Shown in pieces: positions 1 through 7,426 of a stretch of DNA of 37,212 nt (the stretch's first letter is position 1; each line of letters opens with the position of its first letter). The stretch comes from Candidatus Campbellbacteria bacterium CG22_combo_CG10-13_8_21_14_all_43_18 (lineage in GTDB: Bacteria > Patescibacteriota > Minisyncoccia > Phycocordibacterales > GCA-002724975): positions 877 through 38,088 of the forward strand of contig PCTS01000034.1 of the NCBI GenBank assembly GCA_002771565.1, written 5' to 3'. A program made the position numbers and the translations under genes. The notes beneath the pieces are model-generated. The model did not search any database. It was not told where the DNA came from and saw only the letters and a program-made list of their open reading frames with translations.

Positions 1-34
1 GGCCATTACTAGAACTCTTTTCCTGAGCCCGTTT

Positions 35-67
35 GAAGTTTTGAGAGGTCGGACCTCTCAAAACTTC
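35..67. repeat. REP-like palindromic element, copy 1 (inverted orientation relative to the other four copies)
   Basis: Perfect 33-nt palindrome GAAGTTTTGAGAGGTC-G-GACCTCTCAAAACTTC. The core 21-mer at 41..61 (TTGAGAGGTCGGACCTCTCAA) is the exact reverse complement of the 21-mer at 6680, 6918, 7185 and 7400; only the central base differs (G versus C). Confidence 0.85.
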
Positions 68-85
68 AATGTTCAATCTACCTAT

Positions 86-115
86 ATTATATCATACTGT
101 GCCACATTCTGTCAA
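86..115 (-). promoter_or_regulatory. Near-consensus sigma70-type promoter firing toward the left window edge
   Basis: The minus strand reads TTGACA (115..110), an 18-nt spacer, then TGATATAAT (94..86, extended -10). The downstream transcript would start with the REP hairpin (67..35). It then reaches AGGAAAAGAG plus an ATG at 6..4 (minus), which opens a gene that leaves the window. Confidence 0.55.
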
Positions 116-196
116 GCACAAAAACTCCCCCTAAAATCTTCTTAAAATACCTGTCCGCCTCGGGCGAAGCTCAAAAACAAGTTATAATAGATTTGT

Positions 197-1249
197 ATGC
201 CCGAGGAAGAAAAAAACGAAAAAGAGTCCGAGATAAATACAAGTCCCGCCGAAAATCAACAAGATGGAGAAATGGAAAAAACTCCCAACAAAATGCGGCC
301 TTTCGAAAATGGCGCCGCGCCGCGACCTCTCGCGACGAAGGCAGAAGGCCGGACTTTGAATAAAGACTTGAAGGGGACGAAAAAAAAGACATCAATCAGA
401 ACCTACGCCGACGATGTGGCCGGTCTGATAAAGAGCGGAACGAGTCTTTCCGATATCGCCATGGCTGAAGGGAAAAAAAGAGCTGAAAGAGGAGAGCAAA
501 AATTAAAAAGTTTGAGCAAGGATGGAAAAAGTCGAAGTAATCGCTTTTTCATTGTCTTCTCCGTCATTCTTTTTGCCTTGGGCATGATGGCGGTTTTGGG
601 AAGCTTGTTTTTCAGGAAAAGCGAGAAAGGGCCGGAAGAAACAGGGGCGGCCTCATCAATAATTTTCGCCAACTCCTTCCGGGAAATTGATATAAGCGCT
701 CTGGGAAGAATAGAGCTTCTCAAAAAAATCAATCAGGAAAGAAACTCCGCCGAACTTCCGCTCGGAGCCATCAGCAACCTTCTCCTGGAGAGAGAAAAGG
801 AGGGCATAAAGGCGGCGCTGAAGGCGGATGAATTCCTGAACCTTCTTGAGGTTCGAGCGGGAGAAATTTTTATTCGTTCTCTTGAGAAAGATTTCATGCT
901 TGGAGCTCATTCGTTTGACGGTAATCAGGGATTTCTTCTTTTTAGAGTCAAGTCTTTTGACAAGGCCTTCGGCAGAATGATCGCCTGGGAAAAATTCATG
1001 CTGGATGACCTTTGGCCGATGTTCTACAATTCCAAACCTTCGGTTGAGGCCGAGAGTAGTTCCGTTTTTGAGGGAAAATTCAAAGACATTGTTCTGCGCA
1101 ACAGAGATGCCAGAATACTGGAGGACGATGGCAAAGGGACGGCCTTGGTTTATTCTTTCCCGGACCAAAGGCATCTCGTTATCACAACGGACAAAAGCAC
1201 TCTGATAGAAGTTTTTGAAAGGCTTTCCGCGGGCCGTTTTAAAAACTAG
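197..1249 (+). CDS. Hypothetical single-pass membrane protein (K/E-rich N-terminus, one TM, C-terminal extracytoplasmic domain of about 210 aa)
   Basis: 350-aa ORF with one hydrophobic segment (FFIVFSVILFALGMMAVLGSLFF). A TATAAT box at 183..188 lies 8 nt upstream of the ATG. I recognise no family motif. Confidence 0.7.
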   Translation: MPEEEKNEKESEINTSPAENQQDGEMEKTPNKMRPFENGAAPRPLATKAEGRTLNKDLKGTKKKTSIRTYADDVAGLIKSGTSLSDIAMAEGKKRAERGEQKLKSLSKDGKSRSNRFFIVFSVILFALGMMAVLGSLFFRKSEKGPEETGAASSIIFANSFREIDISALGRIELLKKINQERNSAELPLGAISNLLLEREKEGIKAALKADEFLNLLEVRAGEIFIRSLEKDFMLGAHSFDGNQGFLLFRVKSFDKAFGRMIAWEKFMLDDLWPMFYNSKPSVEAESSSVFEGKFKDIVLRNRDARILEDDGKGTALVYSFPDQRHLVITTDKSTLIEVFERLSAGRFKN

Positions 1250-1332
1250 CCGGTATTGACCGAATATTAAATGATGGAAGAAGAAAACAAACAATAGGCA
1301 AGAGCCGAAGTTTTTGATAGAATTCTTGGAAT

Positions 1333-1704
1333 ATGGAAAAAGAAAAGGTTGAAAAATTCAGAAAAATGCTGGAGAAGAAACTCCAAGTTTTGCAAAGAGA
1401 GCTGTCCCGAATCGGCAGAATAAACCCCGACAATAAAGACGACTGGGAAGCAAAGCCGGAAGAGTGGGACAAAACGGGAGCGGACCGGAACGAATTGTCC
1501 GATGTTATTGAAGAATACGAAGAAAACAGCGCCGCTTTGAAAGAGCTTGAGATCAGATACAACAATGTCAAAAGGGCTCTGAAAAAAATAGAGAATGGAA
1601 CATACGGCCTTGACGAAGTGGACGGTACCCCCATCCCGCAGGACAGACTTCTGGCCAATCCATCCGCTCGGACCAAAGTTGAAAACGCCGACAAGCTAAG
1701 GTAA
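1333..1704 (+). CDS. DksA/TraR-family-like protein lacking the four zinc-finger cysteines
   Basis: 123-aa ORF with a coiled-coil-like N-terminal part. The C-terminus GTYGLDEVDGTPIPQDRLLANPSARTKV aligns with the DksA/TraR G-x-C-x-x-C-G-x-x-I...R-L...P...C motif, but the Cys positions are replaced. Confidence 0.6.
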   Translation: MEKEKVEKFRKMLEKKLQVLQRELSRIGRINPDNKDDWEAKPEEWDKTGADRNELSDVIEEYEENSAALKELEIRYNNVKRALKKIENGTYGLDEVDGTPIPQDRLLANPSARTKVENADKLR

Positions 1705-1709
1705 ATGAT

Positions 1710-1769
1710 AAATGGAGGTTTTTCACTTTACCCTGAGCTTAGTCGAAGGGCTTTCTCCATTTTTTCCCA
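1710..1769 (+). terminator. Possible intrinsic terminator after the dksA-like gene
   Basis: An 8-bp stem AAATGGAG (1710..1717) / CTCCATTT (1755..1762) encloses an inner CCCT/AGGG stem and is followed by a T-rich run. Confidence 0.35.
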
Positions 1770-1840
1770 TTCCCGTAGCAATTTCGCTTTATAAACATTC
1801 CGACAAGTTTTTTGCAAAATAAAATAATAAAATAGCGAGA

Positions 1841-3358
1841 ATGTCGTTCGCTAAAGTCTTCAGCGCCCAGAGTGTTCTGCTCGGCGGAGAAATAATTTCA
1901 ATTGAGATTGACCTGTCCAAAGGCCTTCATGCTTTTAACATTGTCGGGCTTCCCGACAAGGCGGTTGAGGAGTCGCGCGACAGAGTCGGGGCGGCCATTA
2001 AAAATTCCGGATTTAAGTCTCCCAAAAACAAAAATCAGAAAGTGGTTGTTTCTCTGGCTCCGGCCGACCTCAAAAAAGAGGGGCCTTCTTTTGACCTTGG
2101 CATCGCCGTGGCATATCTTCTTTCAAGCAAAGATATAGAATTTGACCCCGATAAAAAACTTTTCTTGGGAGAACTTTCTCTGGACGGCAAGTTAAGAAAA
2201 ATCAAGGGGGTTCTGCCTATTATAATGAAAGCGAAGAAAGAGGGTTTTGAGGAAATTTTTCTACCTGAAGAAAACGTTTACGAGGCCAGTCTGATGGGCG
2301 GAATAAAAATCTTCGGATTTGGAAGTCTGAACGAAGTTCTAGAACATCTTCTTCAAAAGAAGCTCGTTTCTCCGGCTCCCAAGGGAAAAATAAAAAACGA
2401 GAAAAATCGGAACAATCTGGATTTTGGAGACATCAAGGGGCAGAATGACGCTAAAAGAGGCCTCTTGATAGCGGCGGCCGGCGGGCATAATCTCGCTATG
2501 TACGGGCCGGCCGGAACGGGAAAGACCATGCTGGCCCGGGCCTTCTCCGGAATTTTGCCGGCTCTTGATTTCGACGAAGTTTTGGAGATGACTGCGATTT
2601 ATTCGGTAGCCGGAGAACTAAAGAGTGATTTGATAACTTCTCCGCCTTTCCGTTCTCCGCATCACACTTCTTCTTATGTCTCTCTGGTCGGAGGAGGTTC
2701 CTATCCGAAACCCGGAGAGGTTACACTGGCTCATCGCGGAGTTCTTTTTCTGGATGAATTTCCGGAATTTGATAAAAGGGTCCTGGATTCCTTGCGAGAA
2801 CCTCTGGAAGACAGGGTTGTTTCAATTTCTCGGGCTCGAGGCAAAGCCAAGTTTCCGGCCAGTTTCATTCTGATAGCCGCCATGAATCCTTGCCCCTGCG
2901 GTAATTTCGGCACGGATAAAACCTGCTCGTGCAGTCCGATTTCCATAGAAAGATATAAAAAGAAGCTGTCGGGGCCGATTATGGACAGAATTGATTTGTG
3001 GGTGGAAGTTTCGGGAGTTTGTTATGAAGAATTGACGAAAAAAAACGAAAATAGAGAGTCTGAAAAGATTTTGAAGATGGTCGCCTCGGCCAGAAAAAAA
3101 CAAAAAGAGAGATTCGGAAGGCTTCCTATAAAAACCAACAGCGAAATGGGGGTTAAGGAAATCACCGGCCTCCTGCATTTGGGAGAGGAGGTCAAGAGAA
3201 AACTTTCCGCTTCAGCCGAAACTCTCAAACTTTCAGCCCGTCTCTATCATAAAGTCATAAAATTGGCTCGAACCATCGCCGACCTGGAAAATTCCAACGA
3301 AATTTTGGAGGACCATATTATGGAAGCTCTGCAATACCGGCCGAAAATATTTTACTAA
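1841..3358 (+). CDS. comM: YifB/ComM family Mg-chelatase-like AAA+ ATPase
   Basis: 505 aa. There is an N-terminal Lon-protease-like domain. Walker A is GPAGTGKTML and Walker B is VLFLDEFPEF. A Cys cluster CPCGNFGTDKTCSCS is typical of the family. Confidence 0.9.
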   Translation: MSFAKVFSAQSVLLGGEIISIEIDLSKGLHAFNIVGLPDKAVEESRDRVGAAIKNSGFKSPKNKNQKVVVSLAPADLKKEGPSFDLGIAVAYLLSSKDIEFDPDKKLFLGELSLDGKLRKIKGVLPIIMKAKKEGFEEIFLPEENVYEASLMGGIKIFGFGSLNEVLEHLLQKKLVSPAPKGKIKNEKNRNNLDFGDIKGQNDAKRGLLIAAAGGHNLAMYGPAGTGKTMLARAFSGILPALDFDEVLEMTAIYSVAGELKSDLITSPPFRSPHHTSSYVSLVGGGSYPKPGEVTLAHRGVLFLDEFPEFDKRVLDSLREPLEDRVVSISRARGKAKFPASFILIAAMNPCPCGNFGTDKTCSCSPISIERYKKKLSGPIMDRIDLWVEVSGVCYEELTKKNENRESEKILKMVASARKKQKERFGRLPIKTNSEMGVKEITGLLHLGEEVKRKLSASAETLKLSARLYHKVIKLARTIADLENSNEILEDHIMEALQYRPKIFY

Positions 3359-3360
3359 GA

Positions 3361-3402
3361 CAAAGCCCCGCCGCGCAAAGCGCGACGGGGCTTTGTCTTT
3401 TT
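3361..3402 (+). terminator. Rho-independent terminator
   Basis: A GC-rich 16-bp stem (3361..3376 / 3380..3395, one mismatch) has an AAA loop and is followed by TCTTTTT. It lies immediately after the comM stop codon. Confidence 0.7.
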
Positions 3403-3469
3403 CAATTTTCTTTAGACCAATTCGGCTGTTTTGGCTTTTAGCTCCGGGTCAGAAGCTCAAAACTTGAAC

Positions 3470-4447
3470 CTAAAACGGGTTCCTCGCTCCACGCACCTCA
3501 AAGTGGACATGGTTGCCGGTGGATTTACCGGTTGAACCGACATAACCTATAACCTGACCCTGGACGACGGCTTGCCCGGCATAGACGATATTTTTTGAGT
3601 TGTGGGCGTAGAGAGTTTGCGTTCCGTTGTCATGATTTATGACGATATAGTTTCCGTAGCCTCCGTTCCAGCCGAAACTTTTGCTGATAATAACCTGGCC
3701 CGAAGCCGAGGCAAAAATCGGCTCTCCGAAGTTTGTGGCAAGGTCCACGCCGTTATAGCCGTGAAGACCTTGTGATTTTCGCCCTCCGCTGATTGGCCTC
3801 ATATAATATCCCTCATAACTCGGGCCGCCGGCCTCTCGCAAAGTAACCGTCTTGGTTGCGGTTGTTTTTGGCGTTGAAATTTCTCCGTCCGGAATGACAA
3901 TAATGTCGCCCGGCTTGACGACAGACTCCAAAGAAAGACCGTTGTAGGCAAGCACTTCTTCATAGTGTCCTTTATATTTGGCCGTAATAGCTTTGACCGT
4001 TTCTCCAAAAACAACCGTATGTCTGACGCCGGAGACGGGAAGAATTATCAGAGTCTGGCCTTCTTTGATGACGGAGCCATTTTTAAGATCATTGGCCCAA
4101 AGAATGGTATTAACCGATACGCGGAACATTCGGGCAATCTGCGACAAAGAGTCTCCTTCTCTTACAACATAAACGCTAATCTGGTCAGAGTTGGGGGCGT
4201 CTTCAATGTCGGCCAGAGAGCCGGACGGGCCGGTTTCCGGAAGAAGGGAAGTCCCTCCGACAATGGTAATATCCCCGCCGCCTTTTACGACAGACGGGTC
4301 TATGTTTAGAGCCGCCTGAAGAAGAGCCATGTTTTGGGAATTCTCAATTTTTACGGATTTCGCTTCCGTTTTGGTAAAAATATTGTCCAAAAAAGAGAAA
4401 CCCCCGGCATAAGAGCGGAGCGGAAAAAGAAAAACGAAAAGAACCAA
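3470..4447 (-). CDS. LysM-domain M23 family metallopeptidase (peptidoglycan hydrolase)
   Basis: 325 aa with a TTG start at 4447. It has two LysM-like segments (YVVREGDSLSQIA..., HTVVFGETVKAITAKY...). The C-terminal M23 signature includes HGYNGVDLA and GNHVHFEVRG. Confidence 0.88.
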   Translation of the reverse strand: MVLFVFLFPLRSYAGGFSFLDNIFTKTEAKSVKIENSQNMALLQAALNIDPSVVKGGGDITIVGGTSLLPETGPSGSLADIEDAPNSDQISVYVVREGDSLSQIARMFRVSVNTILWANDLKNGSVIKEGQTLIILPVSGVRHTVVFGETVKAITAKYKGHYEEVLAYNGLSLESVVKPGDIIVIPDGEISTPKTTATKTVTLREAGGPSYEGYYMRPISGGRKSQGLHGYNGVDLATNFGEPIFASASGQVIISKSFGWNGGYGNYIVINHDNGTQTLYAHNSKNIVYAGQAVVQGQVIGYVGSTGKSTGNHVHFEVRGARNPF

Positions 4448-4672
4448 AACGACTTTGGCGTAAAACGCGGCTTTCCCCTCTGAATTTATGGCCTGATTTC
4501 TTGGTAGAAAAAAACCGCTAAAATCAGGTTCTTCTGTTTTCGGTTGAATAAGCCCTTATTTATGTAATAATTCCGATTTTCAGACGATTTATGGCTTCAT
4601 AGAGCCATTTCAGGTTCAGCAATTCTCACTACATTCGGATTATAGGCAATAGCCGGGTAAAGTCAATACCGA

Positions 4673-4681
4673 TGTGGATAA
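4673..4681. promoter_or_regulatory. Perfect DnaA-box 9-mer (TGTGGATAA = reverse complement of TTATCCACA)
   Basis: Exact match to the E. coli-type consensus DnaA box, 31 nt upstream of the pcrA ATG in a divergent intergenic region. Confidence 0.35.
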
Positions 4682-4711
4682 GGAAAAACAGGCCTTTTTC
4701 CGATATACTCA

Positions 4712-6673
4712 ATGGGAAATATGATGCCCAAGGAACTGAAAGAGCTGAATCCTCCGCAAAAAGAAGCGACCGAGCACAAAAGCGGCCCGCTTCTGGTTTT
4801 GGCGGGAGCCGGAGCCGGAAAAACCAGGGTTATAACCTTGAGAATCTATAATCTTATAAAATCCGGCATTGCTCCCGATAAAATTCTCGCCATAACCTTC
4901 ACCAACAAAGCGGCCAAGGAGATGCGGGAAAGAATTTTTGCTCTCATCGGAAAAAATCCATATTCGGGCTATGGAGAAGAACGGGGCGAAAGGCCTTTTG
5001 TCAGCACTTTTCACTCTCTGGGAGCCCATATCCTTCGAGAAAATCACAAAGCCTTCGGCCTTTCAAAATATTTTAATATCTTTGACAAAAATGATTCTTT
5101 GAGGGCGGTCAAAGAATCTTTGAGAGAGGCGGGATATGACCCGAAGCAGATAAACCCGGGCAAGGTCCTCGCCGCCATATCGAGAGCCAAGGGAGATTTT
5201 ATTGGGGCCGAAGAATATAAAGAAATGGCAGGGGACGATTTTTGGGGCAAAGTCGTGGCCAAAACATGGCAAAAGTACGATGCCAGAATCAGGAGGGAGA
5301 ATGCTTTGGATTTTGGAGATCTTCTTCTGGAGACGGCCGGGCTTTTGGAAAAAGATAGGGCGGTCAGAAATTTCTATCAAGATAAATGGCATTATGTTCA
5401 CATTGACGAGTATCAGGACACGAACAAAGCGCAGTACAAAATCGCCAGCCTTCTTTCGGAGAAACACAAAAATATCTTTGTCGTCGGCGATGTTGACCAA
5501 AACATCTACAGCTGGCGAGGCGCAAGTGTTAGAAACATTCTCGGCTTTGAAAAAGATTTTCGAAATACCAAGACAATAAAGCTGGAGCAGAATTATCGTT
5601 CAACCAAAAGAATTATTGAGGCCTCAAATCTGATTATCAAAAAAAACAAGAATCGCTACGAAAAAAACCTTTTCACAAAAAACGAAGAGGGAGAAAAGAT
5701 AGGTTTTTTCGGCGCCTATGACGAAAAAGAGGAGGCTGGCTTTGTTTCAGGGGTTTCGGCCTTTCTTTTAAGGCGGGGGATTCGCCCAAGCGAAGTGGCC
5801 GTTTTTTACCGCGCAAATTTTCAATCCAGAAATTTGGAAGAGATTTTTTTGATGAAGGGAATTCCTTATCAGGTCCTGGGGACAAGATTTTTTGAAAGAA
5901 AAGAAGTCAAAGATGTCATTTCTTTTATTAGGGCCGCCCTAAACCCGGACAGCCTTTCCGACATAAAACGCGTGGTGAATGTCCCGCCACGGGGTATCGG
6001 CAAGGTAACTCTTATAAAAATGTTTTCAGGAAAAACCGACAGCCTCCCTCAAAAAACGAAGGAGAGGGTTGAGGATTTTTACAAACTTTTGAAGAAAATC
6101 AAAGAGAGAGCGCTTGAGGGAAAGCCTTCGGAGACCGTCAAATTCATCATTAGAGAATCAAATCTTCTGAAAAAATTAAAAGAGGGGACGGAAGAAGACC
6201 GCGAAAGGCTTGAAAACATCAAGGAGCTCGCAACTCTCGGAGCAAAATACGACCACCTTCTTCCGGAAGAGGGAATCCAAAAACTTTTGGAAGAAGCTTC
6301 TTTGGCAAGCGAAGCGGACAGCCTGGACCACAAAACTCGAAACAAAGACGGAGTAAAGCTTATGACAATCCACGCTTCCAAGGGGCTGGAATTTGATTAT
6401 GTTTTTGTAACCGGCATGGAGGAAGGTCTGTTTCCGCATAACGGCGAAGAAGAGAAAGAAGACGAGGAAGAGGAAAGAAGGCTTTTTTATGTCGCCCTGA
6501 CAAGAGCCAGAAAAAAAGTTTATCTGACTTACTCCAACCAAAGAACCATCTACGGGCACCGCAAGCCAAACTTGCCGTCAACATTCCTGACGGAGTTTGA
6601 TGAAGATATCCTGGAAGAGGAAAACTTCCCGAATGAAAACACCTCAAACGAAAACACCATCCACCTCGACTAA
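4712..6673 (+). CDS. pcrA: UvrD/PcrA/Rep family ATP-dependent DNA helicase
   Basis: 653 aa. SF1 helicase motifs present are AGAGAGKT (I), DEYQDTN (II), VGDVDQNIYSWRGA (III), QNYRST (IV), TIHASKGLEFDYVFV (V) and YVALTRARKKV (VI). Alternative in-frame ATGs lie at 4721 and 4724. Confidence 0.92.
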   Translation: MGNMMPKELKELNPPQKEATEHKSGPLLVLAGAGAGKTRVITLRIYNLIKSGIAPDKILAITFTNKAAKEMRERIFALIGKNPYSGYGEERGERPFVSTFHSLGAHILRENHKAFGLSKYFNIFDKNDSLRAVKESLREAGYDPKQINPGKVLAAISRAKGDFIGAEEYKEMAGDDFWGKVVAKTWQKYDARIRRENALDFGDLLLETAGLLEKDRAVRNFYQDKWHYVHIDEYQDTNKAQYKIASLLSEKHKNIFVVGDVDQNIYSWRGASVRNILGFEKDFRNTKTIKLEQNYRSTKRIIEASNLIIKKNKNRYEKNLFTKNEEGEKIGFFGAYDEKEEAGFVSGVSAFLLRRGIRPSEVAVFYRANFQSRNLEEIFLMKGIPYQVLGTRFFERKEVKDVISFIRAALNPDSLSDIKRVVNVPPRGIGKVTLIKMFSGKTDSLPQKTKERVEDFYKLLKKIKERALEGKPSETVKFIIRESNLLKKLKEGTEEDRERLENIKELATLGAKYDHLLPEEGIQKLLEEASLASEADSLDHKTRNKDGVKLMTIHASKGLEFDYVFVTGMEEGLFPHNGEEEKEDEEEERRLFYVALTRARKKVYLTYSNQRTIYGHRKPNLPSTFLTEFDEDILEEENFPNENTSNENTIHLD

Positions 6674-6678
6674 ACCCC

Positions 6679-6701
6679 ATTGAGAGGTCCGACCTCTCAA
6701 T
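6679..6701. repeat. REP-like palindromic element, copy 2
   Basis: ATTGAGAGGTCCGACCTCTCAAT, with the core 21-mer at 6680..6700. It lies 6 nt after the pcrA stop and 28 nt before the transposase ATG, and is followed by TTTAATAAAAATT. Confidence 0.9.
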
Positions 6702-6716
6702 TTAATAAAAATTAGG

Positions 6717-6722
6717 TATAAT
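6717..6722 (+). promoter_or_regulatory. -10 box (TATAAT) for a probably leaderless transposase mRNA
   Basis: A consensus TATAAT lies 6 nt upstream of the ATG at 6729. I found no Shine-Dalgarno sequence and no good -35 box. Confidence 0.4.
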
Positions 6723-6728
6723 AATTAT

Positions 6729-7403
6729 ATGAGAAGAAATCCGCTAGTAAATGATGAATATTATCACATCTACAATAGGGGTGTGGACAAGAGAAAAATA
6801 ACAATGGATAAGTTTGATTCTGATCGTTTTATAACAAGTCTTGTTGAATTCAATTCCATTGATCCGATTGGCAGTCTTTATAGACAAAATTTACAAATTA
6901 ACAAAGAAAAAAGAAATTTGAGAGGTCCGACCTCTCAAATAGTTGAGCTTGTTGCTTATTGCCTTAATCCAAATCACTATCACCTCATCCTTAAACAAAA
7001 AACTGATCGGGGTATAAGCGAATTTATGAAGAGACTTGGGGTCGGATACACTTTGTATTTTAACGAAAAATATAAGCGTACTGGCGTTTTGTTTCAAGGA
7101 AAATTTAAATCAGTACACATAAGCAGGGATGATTACCTAAATCATTTGAGTGTATATGTAAATTTAAATGATAAAAAACATAATTTGAGAGGTCCGACCT
7201 CTCAAATGGTGAGGTCAAGTTGGAGTGAATACTTGGGAAAACCTTGGCGTGATCAAAACATTTGTTCTGGAAAAGATATAATCTTAAATCAATTCGAGTC
7301 AGTGGGTGATTATAGGAAGTTTGCAAATGGATCTATTTTGGAGATTATTGATAGAGGAAGAAAAGAGGACGAAATTAAGGAATTAATACTTGAATGGATT
7401 TGA
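6729..7403 (+). CDS. IS200-like / REP-associated tyrosine transposase (RAYT, Y1 HUH family) carrying two in-frame REP copies
   Basis: 224 aa. It has the N-terminal YHIYNRGVDKR motif, the HUH motif NHYHLIL, FMKRLGVGYTLYFNEKYKRTGVLFQGKFKS, and the catalytic-Tyr region LSVYVNLN. The peptide NLRGPTSQ occurs twice and is encoded by the palindrome copies at 6918 and 7185. The stop TGA (7401..7403) lies inside copy 5. Confidence 0.85.
   Translation: MRRNPLVNDEYYHIYNRGVDKRKITMDKFDSDRFITSLVEFNSIDPIGSLYRQNLQINKEKRNLRGPTSQIVELVAYCLNPNHYHLILKQKTDRGISEFMKRLGVGYTLYFNEKYKRTGVLFQGKFKSVHISRDDYLNHLSVYVNLNDKKHNLRGPTSQMVRSSWSEYLGKPWRDQNICSGKDIILNQFESVGDYRKFANGSILEIIDRGRKEDEIKELILEWI
6916..6940. repeat. REP-like palindromic element, copy 3 (inside the transposase CDS, in frame)
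   Basis: ATTTGAGAGGTCCGACCTCTCAAAT, with the core at 6918..6938. It is read as N-L-R-G-P-T-S-Q-I. Confidence 0.9.
7183..7207. repeat. REP-like palindromic element, copy 4 (inside the transposase CDS, in frame)
   Basis: The same 25-mer, with the core at 7185..7205. It is read as N-L-R-G-P-T-S-Q-M and begins a few codons after the YVNLN tyrosine motif. Confidence 0.9.
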
Positions 7404-7422
7404 GAGGTCCGACCTCTCAAAT
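7398..7422. repeat. REP-like palindromic element, copy 5 (provides the transposase stop codon; sits just upstream of rsmA)
   Basis: The same 25-mer, with the core at 7400..7420. Here it is read in a different frame (att TGA), which terminates the ORF. Confidence 0.9.
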
Positions 7423-7426
7423 TATT

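Noticed and set aside
4682-4701. Hairpin GGAAAAA-CAGGCC-TTTTTCC upstream of pcrA as a terminator
   Set aside because: The stem is almost entirely A-T and no co-directional gene ends upstream of it. It is more likely incidental promoter-region symmetry.
6680-7420. The four regularly recurring 21-nt palindromes as a CRISPR array
   Set aside because: The repeat-to-repeat distances are 238, 267 and 215 nt, far longer and more irregular than CRISPR spacers. The intervening sequence is a continuous, recognisable transposase ORF. A fifth copy lies 6.6 kb away in inverted orientation. No cas genes are present.
7394-7426. ORF-track start of rsmA at 7394 (MDLRGPTSQII...)
   Set aside because: These codons are simply the REP palindrome read in frame. 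The canonical KsgA N-terminus MRAKRSLGQNFL starts at the in-frame ATG at 7427.
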